From assembly GCA_043814055.1 (NCBI GenBank), contig JBDRKL010000004.1, positions 1 through 64,000 on the forward strand: a stretch of DNA of 64,000 nucleotides, in the 5' to 3' direction. Shown piece by piece: positions 19,187-28,960 of the stretch. The notes under the pieces were generated by a model. The model was given only the letters and a program-made list of their open reading frames with translations, had not been told where the DNA came from and did no database searches. The translations under genes were made by a program, and so were the position numbers. The stretch is from an archaeon. GTDB lineage: Archaea > Undinarchaeota > Undinarchaeia > Undinarchaeales > JBDRKL01. Each line of letters opens with the position of its first letter. Position 1 is the stretch's first letter.

Positions 19187-20959
19187 CTACCTCTTGTCGA
19201 TTCTTATATACTCTTCTTCTGGTATCTCTGTATATGTTGGTTCCTCATTCAGTTCAGGTAGTCCAATGCTAATGTCACTGAACCCTGGCGGGCAGGCGTA
19301 GGTGCACCCGGTTGTTCCAGTATCATTCCAATTAGTTGAGTTATCACAGGTGTTGTTGTCTCCTGTGTTCACATCAAGGTTGACTATTTGTGTTCCGCCG
19401 TTGTTACAAATCGTGTTCTTGAGGAGCGTGTTGTTTTTGGCAGTTGTATTCAAGAAGATCCCATCCCCTGAATTATATATTATGGAATTTTCAACAAAAA
19501 AGTTATTGAGATCCCAGCCTCTGCCCATAAAAATCCCTGTGCCATTATTATAGCTGATATTGTTTTTAGTAAAATTGTTGTTGGTGTCGTTCCACTGCTG
19601 AAAGCCAATCCCTTTAATATTATTATGAGAAAAACTATTCTGGGTGAATATAGTATTAAAGGTGGTGTCAACAGCTATCCCGCCAAAAATCTCAGAAGCT
19701 GGACCAAATCCGTTGTAGTCAGCAATATTTCCAGCAACCATACAATTGTCTAAGCTGAATAACGATATTCCAATGACATTATTGTACCCCACCTCATTAT
19801 TCGTAAGATTTGAGTGGTTTTGCATCTGAAATACAAGTCCACAACAATTACCACTTGCATTGTTGCTATCCATAAGGCAATAATCTCCTCCAGTCACACT
19901 CAATCCACACCCCCAACTGCAATTGTTAATTCCAGTTGATATTGCAGTATTGTTTATTATTTTGGTGTAATTCGCGTACCAGACCCTTATCCCGTCTGCA
20001 AAGTCTGTGACAACGCAGTTTTTTATGGTGTTACCATTCTTGTTGTTAATGTAGATGCCGTAGTGATAGCCAATATCGTCGCCGTCTATAATGTTTCCTT
20101 GGCAGTCAAAAATTTTGTTCTTGAACCCTGTTGGATTGTCTATACAGTGCCCTACCTTATTCGTAATGTTTGTTGTAAGCTTGACGAGGTTGCAACTCTG
20201 GTTGCTCAGCTTATTCATACAGTCTGAGCAGGAGTTGCACGTGCACTCTGTTATACAGGCGCTGGTGCACCCGCCTGTCCCTGTGTCGTTCCAGTTCATC
20301 GTTTTCAGGCAAAAATTGTTGTCCCCGGAGTTTTTCCCCATCTCGTAAACATCATGTTTCCCGTTGTCGCAGAACTTGTTGTAATCAAGAGTGTTGCTGT
20401 TCGTGTTCTGGCCAAGCATTGCCCCATAGTCCTGGTTATTACCTGCCAGATTGCTGGTTAAGTTGTTGCCGGTGCTAGACCAGAGCTGCATTCCCACACC
20501 ATTAGAGCTGGCGTTGTTGCCGGTTAAAGTGTTGTAATCTGAGTCGTAGTTAACACGCACGCCGATGGCGTTTGAAGTGAGGTTGTTTTTTTCAATATGG
20601 TTACCAGAGCTGTACATGAGTGAGATTCCAATGACAAAGTTCTTGACATTGCAGTTCTTGATGGTGTTGTTGTCCTTGTTGTACAGGTAAATTCCTGCAC
20701 CTCTGTCACCAGCCCCTGACAAGCTGTAACCACGGCAGTTCAGTGTCTTGCTATTTTTCTCCCACCAAATACAGTTTCCATTAGTGTCAAGCGAGTTCCC
20801 AAGCCGGATTATGGTAAAGCCATCATTGCTCAGCGCCTTGGTGCAGTCTTCGCAAGTGTAGCACTCTGCAATGCCACTGCCAAGGTCTGTGTATGCGCTT
20901 GCTCCTGTTGCCAGGAGTATTAAAAAAACAATCGTTGTTATTGCAATTACTAATTTCAT
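19187..20959 (-). CDS. Secreted right-handed beta-helix (NosD/CASH-like) protein with two tandem modules
   Basis: Signal peptide, Asn-rich GIxL..NN repeats, duplicated CxxC..NWNDTGT.GCT.AC module borders. Confidence 0.8.
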   Translation of the reverse strand: MKLVIAITTIVFLILLATGASAYTDLGSGIAECYTCEDCTKALSNDGFTIIRLGNSLDTNGNCIWWEKNSKTLNCRGYSLSGAGDRGAGIYLYNKDNNTIKNCNVKNFVIGISLMYSSGNHIEKNNLTSNAIGVRVNYDSDYNTLTGNNASSNGVGMQLWSSTGNNLTSNLAGNNQDYGAMLGQNTNSNTLDYNKFCDNGKHDVYEMGKNSGDNNFCLKTMNWNDTGTGGCTSACITECTCNSCSDCMNKLSNQSCNLVKLTTNITNKVGHCIDNPTGFKNKIFDCQGNIIDGDDIGYHYGIYINNKNGNTIKNCVVTDFADGIRVWYANYTKIINNTAISTGINNCSWGCGLSVTGGDYCLMDSNNASGNCCGLVFQMQNHSNLTNNEVGYNNVIGISLFSLDNCMVAGNIADYNGFGPASEIFGGIAVDTTFNTIFTQNSFSHNNIKGIGFQQWNDTNNNFTKNNISYNNGTGIFMGRGWDLNNFFVENSIIYNSGDGIFLNTTAKNNTLLKNTICNNGGTQIVNLDVNTGDNNTCDNSTNWNDTGTTGCTYACPPGFSDISIGLPELNEEPTYTEIPEEEYIRIDKR

Positions 20960-21049
20960 TTTACCATCTCCCGGTATTTTCTTCCATTACTTCTTATATA
21001 AATCTTTAGAAATGGGCAGTTTTATATTGTTTTAACAATAAGTATATGT

Positions 21050-21460
21050 ATGAAAATTCTACTCGGCGTTGGCAACGAACTTGACCGCAAGGACGACTCC
21101 GGAGTCTATGTTGCAAAGAATTTCAAAAAGCTCGGCTGGCTTGTCTATGACTGCGGGCCAGTGCCTGAGAATTTCACAGGCGTTGTAGCAAAAGAAAAAC
21201 CAGAGCTCGTTGTGGTAGTGGACAACGCAGAGATGGGTTTAAAACCCGGTGAGTTCCGCATCATACCCAAGGAAAAGCTCAACTCGCTCACCGGCGGAAC
21301 GCACAACATGCCGCTCAAGTTCTTGGCAGAGCGGTTGGAAGAAGACGCTGAGACAGTAATATTTATTGGAATTGAGAGTAATGCAGAATCTAGGAAAGGC
21401 GAAGATGGGGTTATTGAGCTTTTAGAAACTGAAATTATTGAAAATTTTGCTGTTCTTTAG
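21050..21460 (+). CDS. hycI: Hydrogenase maturation protease, HycI family
   Basis: GVGNELDRKDDSG, GPVPENF, THNMPL. Confidence 0.88.
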   Translation: MKILLGVGNELDRKDDSGVYVAKNFKKLGWLVYDCGPVPENFTGVVAKEKPELVVVVDNAEMGLKPGEFRIIPKEKLNSLTGGTHNMPLKFLAERLEEDAETVIFIGIESNAESRKGEDGVIELLETEIIENFAVL

Positions 21461-21463
21461 CAC

Positions 21464-22084
21464 TTAGCAATTTCTATAATCCTTATAGTTTTCTACACAT
21501 GTTCTATAGTTGTTAACATAAATTAAATTATCTTCAATTCTTTTCTTTGTATCTTTAAGATTTTCATAGATCTTATTAATCTCTTCTTTTCGTATTTCCT
21601 TCCAGCTGGTTGGATATGATACAGAAATTGCTGTAAAATATTCTGGAGAATTGGCTGTGTCCATCCTCTTATTAATTTGATTTATACTATTATACATAAT
21701 TATTAATTGTTTCTTTAGTGTAGTATTTCTTATACGTTCAAATTGAATCGCATCTTCTAGTACAAGTTTTTCTAATCTAAGATAAAATATTTTAGTTCCA
21801 TCTCCCTCAGAATAATTTTCTTTTTCAAATTCATTAATTATCATTAAATTCAGGTCTATTTCATTTTTTAGATTATCAACGGTATCTAATACGCTGTTCA
21901 AGTCGTCTTGTTTTTTAATGTCAACTTGATATCCTATTAATAAAACGCTTATTATCGTAAAAAGAATTACTATGGCTTCAATGGTTTCTTTTATGTCATA
22001 CAGTTTCGTTAAGTAGCTTATTGTCACAATAGCAATTATTAAAATAATCAATATGCTTAGTAATAAAAAAGTTAGTTTAATCAT
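21464..22084 (-). CDS. AT-rich hypothetical membrane protein
   Basis: Two N-terminal TM helices; much lower GC than the flanks. Confidence 0.65.
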   Translation of the reverse strand: MIKLTFLLLSILIILIIAIVTISYLTKLYDIKETIEAIVILFTIISVLLIGYQVDIKKQDDLNSVLDTVDNLKNEIDLNLMIINEFEKENYSEGDGTKIFYLRLEKLVLEDAIQFERIRNTTLKKQLIIMYNSINQINKRMDTANSPEYFTAISVSYPTSWKEIRKEEINKIYENLKDTKKRIEDNLIYVNNYRTCVENYKDYRNC

Positions 22085-22505
22085 TTTTTTTCTCGTTTTT
22101 AACCTCTTCCTTCCCTTCTACAACCTCAGCCCAGCTCCCTTTCTTGTCATAGCTTGAAAGCATAAACTTGTCAGTTGATTCAAGCGCTTTCACTGGGCAA
22201 ATATCAACGCACTGCGCGCAGAAACAGCACCGCGAAACATGGTAGTCAACCTTTCTTGTCTCAGGATTGAACTCAAGCGCAGCGCAAGGACAAACCTTGA
22301 TGCAAAGCTGGCACCCGATGCACTTGTCTTTGTAATACTTAAGCGCACCGCGGAACTTCTCTGGCACTGCAACCGGCGGAGTAATCTTTACCTTGCCTGC
22401 TCCAATCGTAGCTAGCGCTTTCGTCACATTCTTTGGAATATACTTGACCGGGAACGTGTTGGTCGCGGGCTTCTTGAACATTTGCCTGAGCAGTTCCTTA
22501 ATCAC
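22077..22505 (-). CDS. mbhN: Mbh 2x[4Fe-4S] ferredoxin subunit
   Basis: Two CxxCxxCxxxCP motifs; operon position. Confidence 0.93.
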   Translation of the reverse strand: MIKELLRQMFKKPATNTFPVKYIPKNVTKALATIGAGKVKITPPVAVPEKFRGALKYYKDKCIGCQLCIKVCPCAALEFNPETRKVDYHVSRCCFCAQCVDICPVKALESTDKFMLSSYDKKGSWAEVVEGKEEVKNEKKND

Positions 22506-23512
22506 ATTACCACCCCCAGGAGCTTGTCAAGCCCAATCAGCACAAGCCCTGCGATGCCAATCATCAGGCACGGCACCCAGTAAACCCAGACAATCTGGTC
22601 AATCTTCAGCCGTGCGAATGCAACGTGTGCGAGTATTGAACCGAAGAAAATTATCACGAACAATTTGAGCAGGTAGAATATTAAATCCGCAATTAGTGCA
22701 GGCGTTGAAGTCAATCCCAAAACTCCTGCAATTCCCCACGGGAAGAAAATCGCAATAATCAAAGAGCCAAACACAATGGTCTTCACTGCGTCCGCAAGGT
22801 AGAACATCGCCATGTTTCGTCCAGAGTATTCAACAATGAATCCGCCTGCGACTTCAGTCTCTGCCTCTGGAGCGTCAAACGGAATCCTGCCGAGCTCAAT
22901 CGGCATAACAACCATCAGCGAGATGAAAAGCAAAATTATTCCAATGAATCCGAGCGCACCAACCAAACCCCAAATTGGGTTTGCGCCTATTGCAACTAAT
23001 GAAAAGCCCGCGACCCCTTCAACCGAATTTGAAATAAGCCACGCAACTGAGACTGCAACTACTGCTAGCGGGAACTCGTAGCTCATCATCTGAACCATTT
23101 CACGCTGTGCTCCAATTGTTGCGAACGGACTTCCTGACGCGAACCCGCCGATTACAAGCGCGAGCGCAGGAATCATGAGGAGATACAATATCAAAATCAA
23201 GTCACCGTAGCCGTGCAGGAGCGGAGCAAACGGACCAAACGGCAGGTAAAGCAAAATTGCCATTGTTGAAGCCAAGGCAACCACAGGCATTAAATTAAAC
23301 AGCCACGGAACCGCATACTTCGGCACTATGCTCTCCTTAAGCATCAGCTTCCGCACGTCGCGGAACGGTTGCCTGAGCGGCGGTCCAATTCTTGCCTGCA
23401 TCCGGGCGCCAAGCTTCCGGTCAAAACCTTTGTAGATTAGCCCGATGAATATGCTGGCTACGGCTATGAAAATCGCCTTCTCCAGCAAAAGAATCATAGG
23501 GTTACAGGTCAT
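22502..23512 (-). CDS. mbhM: Mbh membrane subunit (NuoH-like)
   Basis: RKLGARMQARIGPP, PFDAPEAETE; ATG at 23512 follows GGAGGTGA. Confidence 0.93.
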   Translation of the reverse strand: MTCNPMILLLEKAIFIAVASIFIGLIYKGFDRKLGARMQARIGPPLRQPFRDVRKLMLKESIVPKYAVPWLFNLMPVVALASTMAILLYLPFGPFAPLLHGYGDLILILYLLMIPALALVIGGFASGSPFATIGAQREMVQMMSYEFPLAVVAVSVAWLISNSVEGVAGFSLVAIGANPIWGLVGALGFIGIILLFISLMVVMPIELGRIPFDAPEAETEVAGGFIVEYSGRNMAMFYLADAVKTIVFGSLIIAIFFPWGIAGVLGLTSTPALIADLIFYLLKLFVIIFFGSILAHVAFARLKIDQIVWVYWVPCLMIGIAGLVLIGLDKLLGVVM

Positions 23513-24911
23513 TTCGAAGTAGCTCACCTCCTTTCACAGTTGCTGCTTCGAAATTCACCCGGGCTGAACCTGAGTTCAATGCCTGGGTGTTATTTCTTAT
23601 CTCCTCAGTTTTTTTCACAGAGAGCTCGTGCAATTGCTCAGTGTCAAGAATCTTGTTCGTGTCAGTTATTATTGAGCGGTTGGCGCACGCCATGCACGGA
23701 TCAGTTGAAGCAGCCACAATCGGAATATCTGCAATCTGCGCGTCCTTAAGCATTGGAATCCACGGGAGCAAATTGTTGTAAGTTGGCGCGCGGACTTTCC
23801 AAAAGTGCGGCTCGTCCTGATTCGCCTTGAGCTTGACATAGTGGAACACTTCCCCGCGCGGGGCCTCGCATCTCCCAATTCCTTCACCCTCCACAGCCCT
23901 GAGCTGGGCAAGCAGCGCCGGGATGTTCTCCTGCGTCATCAATTTCCCCTTGGGCATCTGCTTGAGGCAGTCCTGAATTATCTCAACTGACTGTTTCACT
24001 TCAAGCAGGCGCACAATCACGCGGTCATAAACATCCCCGTTAATTTTTCCTGTGAGCAAGTCCGGGGTTATCGGCAGTATATCCAAATCGCCGTAAGCCA
24101 TATACGGGTAGTCAACGCGCACGTCCTTTGCAACTCCTGAAGCGCGGGCAGTTGGACCCACTGCGCAGAGCTTGAGCGCGTCTTCTTTTGTAAGCACGCC
24201 AACGCCCTGTGTCCTTGCCTTGATGCTCGGGTCTTTCAGGAACAAATCTCCAAGCTTTTGGAAATTATCCAAATAATATTTCATTGATTCTTTTATGCGC
24301 GGCGCCTGCTTCTCGGTTATGTCCCTTCTTACCCCGCCGACCATTAGCATTGCTTTTGTGACCCTGTTACCTGTAATATATTCAATCGTGTCCATCACGT
24401 GCTCGCGCATCTTCCAGCTCAGGTGCAGGAGCGAGTCAAATCCAATCTCGTGCGCCGCAACACCAGCCCAGAGTATGTGGGAGTGAATCCTTTCCAATTC
24501 CGCGTTGATTACCCTGATGTAATCCGCGCGCGCTGGAACTTCAATGTTCGCCGCATCCTCAGCAGCGATGCAGAATGCGCTCGGGTGGCTCGCTGAGCAA
24601 ATCCCGCAGATTCTTTCCGCGAGGTAGACAATCTGAACGCAGTTCCTTCGCGTCCCTGCCCATTCAATTCCTCTGTGAACTTGGGACATTTTAATATCAA
24701 CATCAACAACCTTCTCCCCTTCAATTTCACAGGTAAGCTGAATCGGCTCTTTCAGCGCCGGGTGTATTGGTCCTATCGGAACTGTGAATGAGTTTTTCTC
24801 TCCGCCTGCTCGCGCAAATTCGCCACAGCGAATTGCGCAACCCACTTTGTGGGTTTGCGGAGGTAGAGCAGAGGCATTCGGCTTCGCCGAAGCCTCTATT
24901 TTCCCTGTCAT
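23502..24911 (-). CDS. mbhL: Mbh [NiFe] hydrogenase large subunit
   Basis: GPIHPALKEP; L1 ERICGIC and L2 DPCMAC with all four Cys; atypical N- and C-terminal extensions. Confidence 0.95.
   Translation of the reverse strand: MTGKIEASAKPNASALPPQTHKVGCAIRCGEFARAGGEKNSFTVPIGPIHPALKEPIQLTCEIEGEKVVDVDIKMSQVHRGIEWAGTRRNCVQIVYLAERICGICSASHPSAFCIAAEDAANIEVPARADYIRVINAELERIHSHILWAGVAAHEIGFDSLLHLSWKMREHVMDTIEYITGNRVTKAMLMVGGVRRDITEKQAPRIKESMKYYLDNFQKLGDLFLKDPSIKARTQGVGVLTKEDALKLCAVGPTARASGVAKDVRVDYPYMAYGDLDILPITPDLLTGKINGDVYDRVIVRLLEVKQSVEIIQDCLKQMPKGKLMTQENIPALLAQLRAVEGEGIGRCEAPRGEVFHYVKLKANQDEPHFWKVRAPTYNNLLPWIPMLKDAQIADIPIVAASTDPCMACANRSIITDTNKILDTEQLHELSVKKTEEIRNNTQALNSGSARVNFEAATVKGGELLRNDL
23510..23590 (-). 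repeat. Start-codon-associated hairpin element (mbhL 3' end / mbhM start)
   Basis: caccc..gggtg hairpin, then stem tttcgaag/cttcgaaa around GGAGGTGA ending on ATG. Confidence 0.65.
24812..24897 (-). repeat. Palindromic element translated in-frame within the mbhL 5' end
   Basis: 24812-24858 is the reverse complement of 41827-41873 at 42/47 nt with a compensatory pair; extra hairpin agaggc..ttcggc-ttc-gccgaa..gcctct. Confidence 0.8.
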
Positions 24912-25435
24912 TTCTTACCCCCTTCGTCGTGCAGATTTCTAACCAATTTATCCGGCCCGGTCTTGTCGCGCCTCCAAGGGTAAACGCCCTTGGGGAAATT
25001 ATAATCAAGGAAGAATCTCCTTGAGTCTGGAATATTTTTCACAGTAACGCCGAGCATTTCCTGAATCTCCCGCTCTGAGATGAGCGCACCTGGAATTAAA
25101 TCACAAATCGTTTCAACCTTCAGGTTCGGCTTGGTCAGCTTGAACTTGAAGTTCAGCGCAAGCTCGTCGTGCTTGTGCGCGTAATTTATCGTGAAGTGGT
25201 AAATCAGCCAGATGTCCTCGCCTTCCTGATATCCTGAAATAACCGTGAAGTGCGGGTTCTCATACATTTCGCACAGCCGCTTAACAACGTCCTTCATCGC
25301 GGACTTGTCAATCTCCATCCAAAGTGAAACTGACTTCGCCTTCTTCACAGCGTGTTCTCTAACCCTAATTTCTGAATTAATTAATTTTGTTCCAAGTTCC
25401 TTCTGGAATTCTTCAAGTGTTTCTTTTGCGTTCAT
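24908..25435 (-). CDS. mbhK: Mbh subunit K (NuoC-like)
   Basis: EREIQEMLGV..P.SRRFFL..FP.GVYPWR. Confidence 0.92.
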   Translation of the reverse strand: MNAKETLEEFQKELGTKLINSEIRVREHAVKKAKSVSLWMEIDKSAMKDVVKRLCEMYENPHFTVISGYQEGEDIWLIYHFTINYAHKHDELALNFKFKLTKPNLKVETICDLIPGALISEREIQEMLGVTVKNIPDSRRFFLDYNFPKGVYPWRRDKTGPDKLVRNLHDEGGKK

Positions 25436-25436
25436 T

Positions 25437-25787
25437 TTATCCTATAGTGATTTCTGCACCGCCTCCTTTTGAATTGTTTATCACTTCTACTACAGGTTCC
25501 ATTGAATTTGATATTAACCATAAACAAAATATAATCAAAATCAATATTATAATAAAAACTAAAACTTCCCCTTTATTTAATCCAAGTTTTGATCCAAATT
25601 TGTGCATGACTATATAGAGTGATACAAAAATTATTATTGCTAGGGAATAGTAGGGAAATAAAAAGGTTCCAAATTGTTCTGCTATCATCTGATTTGGACT
25701 CGTTTTTAATACTAGCCATCCAATTATAAATGGCAAAGTTGCAACTACTAAAAACAAAACTTGTATTGGTTTCAGCTTGTCTATCAT
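25437..25787 (-). CDS. AT-rich 3-TM hypothetical protein inserted between mbhJ and mbhK
   Basis: Low GC, hydrophobic; interrupts the canonical J-K adjacency. Confidence 0.65.
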   Translation of the reverse strand: MIDKLKPIQVLFLVVATLPFIIGWLVLKTSPNQMIAEQFGTFLFPYYSLAIIIFVSLYIVMHKFGSKLGLNKGEVLVFIIILILIIFCLWLISNSMEPVVEVINNSKGGGAEITIG

Positions 25788-26218
25788 TTCTTTTTCCTTC
25801 CTCCCAATTCCTCAACCTTTGCCCACGCCTTCGCAACTCCTTCAATTATTGCCTCTGGTCTTGGCGGGCAGCCTGGTATGTAAACTGTTACAGGCACAAA
25901 CTTGTCAAGCGGACCCTCCAAATTATATGACTCGTAAAACACGTCTCCAGTTGCCCCGCAGTTCCCTACTGCAACCACAACTTTTGGGTCCGGTGTCTGC
26001 TCGTAAATGCGCTTTATCTTCTTACCCATTCCTTTTACAACCGGCCCGGTCATCAACAAAGCATCCGCGTGCCTTGGCGAGCCAACCAGCTTGATTCCGA
26101 AACGCTCAACATCATACTTCGGAGTGAGCGCTGCGATTATCTCAATGTCACAGCCGTTGCACGAGCCAGAGTTAACATGGAACACCCACAGCGACCTGTT
26201 CACAGCATCCAGTTTCAT
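25784..26218 (-). CDS. mbhJ: Mbh small subunit (NuoB-like)
   Basis: GSCNGCDIE, SPRHAD, GNCG, PGCPPRP. Confidence 0.95.
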   Translation of the reverse strand: MKLDAVNRSLWVFHVNSGSCNGCDIEIIAALTPKYDVERFGIKLVGSPRHADALLMTGPVVKGMGKKIKRIYEQTPDPKVVVAVGNCGATGDVFYESYNLEGPLDKFVPVTVYIPGCPPRPEAIIEGVAKAWAKVEELGGRKKK

Positions 26219-26553
26219 AGCGCGCCCCCTGCAAACAATAGGAGCAGTATTGCGAAAGTTGCCAGCACCCAGAACGCGTAATCATTGACAACTCCTGTGT
26301 GGATTCCCATCAGGAATTTGTAATACTTTTTCATTGACTCCAGGAAGCCCCAGTAAATGTTTGACGCTTTCACGTGCACGTCCTTTTCAGCAATGTCATT
26401 TCCGCACAGGAACGGCTCGGTCTGCTCAGTGCCCTTCTTGTATTTCCTGTTTCCAAAGCTGTATATGAGCCCGGCAATTGCGAACATCACAGCGGTCATC
26501 ACGAGCCACATAAGCGGGTTCCAGAATCCTGAAGTTGTAGTGAGCGTGCTCAT
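26215..26553 (-). CDS. mbhI: Mbh subunit I
   Basis: SGFWNPL, PFLCG, YWGF, HTGVVNDY. Confidence 0.88.
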   Translation of the reverse strand: MSTLTTTSGFWNPLMWLVMTAVMFAIAGLIYSFGNRKYKKGTEQTEPFLCGNDIAEKDVHVKASNIYWGFLESMKKYYKFLMGIHTGVVNDYAFWVLATFAILLLLFAGGAL

Positions 26554-28103
26554 CCAAGCACCCCTGCTATGTAGCCTGCCTGGTCCAGCAAAGCATGCGC
26601 AGCCGGCCTGACCAAGTTGTCAAGCGCAATGTCCGGGAAGAGCCCGAATATTATAACAACCGCGGCGAGCAGACCCATGCCGAGAAGCATTGAGAACGGA
26701 ACTTCCTTGACATTATTTTTCGCAGGCCCCATGAACGCGCTGTGGAAAACTTTCATAAATGACGCGAGCGTGAGAATGCTCACAACCATTGCGATTATCG
26801 CGAGCATCGGGTTGAACTGGTAGACTGACTCGTAAATCATGAACTTTGACGCGAAGCCGTTAAACGGCGGAACTCCTGCAATTGCGAACGCGCCAATGAG
26901 GAAGAATATTGTGGTGAACGGCATCTTGTGCGCGAGCCCGCCCATCTCGTTCAGGTTCTTTGTGCCGAGCCTGTAAATCATTGCGCCTGCAGTCAGGAAG
27001 AGCAAGCCCTTGTACATCGCGTGGTTAACCATGTGGAACAATCCCCCTTCAACAGCAGTGATGCCATAGCCAAGCAGCGCTCCTGCATTGCCAATCACTG
27101 CAAGACCAACGCCAACACCGAGCAGCATATAACCTGTCTGCGAAACAGCGTGGTAAGCCATCAGCCTCTTCACGTCTTTCTGCGGCAGAGCCATTGTGAC
27201 GCCGATGAACATTGAAAGAACCCCAAATATTATCAAAGCCCACGCAACCAGTGTGTGAATTGGAATGCTTCCAAACAAGGAGAAGCAAACTCGGAACAGC
27301 GCGTACAAGCTCGCCTGGCTCGCCACGACAAGCGCTGCAGTTATCGGAGCCGGAGCCTCGCCGTAAGCGTCAGAGACCCACATGTGCAGCGGAACTGCGC
27401 CGCACTTCACAGCGAACGCAGTAACAAGAATCGCGAGAGCGACCTTGTCAATCAGGGTAAACTTCATCATCTTCGCGAGCGCCGCGATGTTGAGAGCGTC
27501 ATACTGCCCGTAGAGAAGCCCGATTGCGAACAAGAGCATCAGCGCGGACAACGCGCTCACGACCATGTACTTGAACGCGGCTTCAAACGGGTGCTTCTTG
27601 TCAAGCCAGAAACCGACAAGAGCTGCGGAAGCGATTGAGAGCAGCTCAAAGAACACGAACATTGTGAACAAGTCGCCTGTGAGCTCAAGTCCGAGCATTC
27701 CAGCGGTCATCAGCATTATCAAAATTGAGTATTTCATTTCCCCGTCTTTCTTTTTCATAAATCCAATTGAGTAAATGCAGACAGCGAGGACAACGCTCAT
27801 TGAAACCACAGCCATAAACGCGCTCATCGCGTCAACGCTGAGTATGATTCTCACCGGAGTGCTGATGCCGACCATTGTCTGCGCAGGGTCTGACGCGCCC
27901 ATTGTGTAGACGCGCATCCCGTTTGTAACAACATCGTGAGCCATCAGCAAAACAACGACCTCGGTTGCAAACGCGCCGAACAGAATCCAGGCGTTTCTAG
28001 CCTGCTTGCTCACTCGGTCAATCAGCGGGGTTGCAAACGCAACGAGCAGGGGCAGGAATATCACGAGCGCGGGTGCGTGGATTATGATTGTTTCTAGGTT
28101 CAT
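26550..28103 (-). CDS. mbhH: Mbh antiporter-like subunit H (MrpD/NuoN-like)
   Basis: Polytopic; DLFTMFVFFE, KCGAVPLHMW, GVPPFNGFASK. Confidence 0.93.
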   Translation of the reverse strand: MNLETIIIHAPALVIFLPLLVAFATPLIDRVSKQARNAWILFGAFATEVVVLLMAHDVVTNGMRVYTMGASDPAQTMVGISTPVRIILSVDAMSAFMAVVSMSVVLAVCIYSIGFMKKKDGEMKYSILIMLMTAGMLGLELTGDLFTMFVFFELLSIASAALVGFWLDKKHPFEAAFKYMVVSALSALMLLFAIGLLYGQYDALNIAALAKMMKFTLIDKVALAILVTAFAVKCGAVPLHMWVSDAYGEAPAPITAALVVASQASLYALFRVCFSLFGSIPIHTLVAWALIIFGVLSMFIGVTMALPQKDVKRLMAYHAVSQTGYMLLGVGVGLAVIGNAGALLGYGITAVEGGLFHMVNHAMYKGLLFLTAGAMIYRLGTKNLNEMGGLAHKMPFTTIFFLIGAFAIAGVPPFNGFASKFMIYESVYQFNPMLAIIAMVVSILTLASFMKVFHSAFMGPAKNNVKEVPFSMLLGMGLLAAVVIIFGLFPDIALDNLVRPAAHALLDQAGYIAGVLG

Positions 28104-28441
28104 CCGTTCAGCTCCTGCACTTTTTCAGCCTCAATGCTCTGGTATTTTTTGTAAATCATTATCACAAAGGACAGCATCATCGCAGTTACTGCAAGGTCAA
28201 TTACAATGCTTGTGAGCGTGAGCGCCTGCGGAATAGGCGCGACCATATTGAGCGTGGGCGAGAGTGTGTATATCGGAGCGCCAGAATCCTTGACATAGCC
28301 GAGCGCAATCAGGAACAAGTTCACAGCAGCGCCGATTATGTTAATTCCAATCACGATTTTGATTAGGTTGCGCTTGAACATCAGGGTGTAAAAGCCCAGC
28401 AGGAGCAGGACCGCGACTGCGATGAAAGGTAAATTAATCAT
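28100..28441 (-). CDS. mbhG: Mbh subunit G (MrpC-like)
   Basis: NLIKIVIG, PIPQALTLTSIVI. Confidence 0.92.
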   Translation of the reverse strand: MINLPFIAVAVLLLLGFYTLMFKRNLIKIVIGINIIGAAVNLFLIALGYVKDSGAPIYTLSPTLNMVAPIPQALTLTSIVIDLAVTAMMLSFVIMIYKKYQSIEAEKVQELNG

Positions 28442-28503
28442 CTCAAAGCTTCACCTCCCATGATGGCTTTGGGATGAACGTGAAGCGAAGCTTTACGTCT
28501 CAT
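28438..28503 (-). repeat. Start-codon-associated hairpin element (62-bp unit, ATGA at both ends)
   Basis: acgt-aaa-gc-ttc-gc-ttc-acgt hairpin, then caaagc..GGAGGTGA..gctttg before ATG. Confidence 0.7.
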
Positions 28504-28960
28504 TCGCCCCTCCTGCGGTATACATAAGATATATTATAATGCTCAGCGCGGCAAAGACCTCAAGCCCGACCGCGAGCTCCATCAGCGGAATGTGCCCTGC
28601 AGTGTTCAAATTGCCAGGATTGATTCCATAGGCAATCTGCGTTCCAAAGAGCCCGCCGGTGTTCGCCATTATGTTCTTGAACAAAGTTACTTTCGGCCCG
28701 AAGTGGAGCGCGAGCAGTATGAAACCAAGCAGGCCAATGCTCTCAAGCATTGCGAGCGTGTCCTTTTTCAGCGCTGTCTTGAATCGGTCCCCGCCGTAAG
28801 CAACCAGGAGCATTGCGACAGCTGTTGCTGCAATGGCTCCGCCTGGGAATCCCCCTCCTGGAGTAAGGTGGCCGTGCATCATTTGATACATTCCAAAAAT
28901 CAGTATCGGGGCTGTCATTAACGCTGCAGTTACCCTGACTATGACAGACATTTCCTTCAT
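28493..28960 (-). CDS. mbhF: Mbh subunit F (MrpB-like)
   Basis: [13 protein letters not shown]. Confidence 0.93.
   Translation of the reverse strand: MKEMSVIVRVTAALMTAPILIFGMYQMMHGHLTPGGGFPGGAIAATAVAMLLVAYGGDRFKTALKKDTLAMLESIGLLGFILLALHFGPKVTLFKNIMANTGGLFGTQIAYGINPGNLNTAGHIPLMELAVGLEVFAALSIIIYLMYTAGGANET

Noticed and set aside
23502-24911. Mbs/Mbx (non-hydrogenase) assignment
   Set aside because: Both CxxC nickel motifs are intact and hypA/hycI are adjacent.
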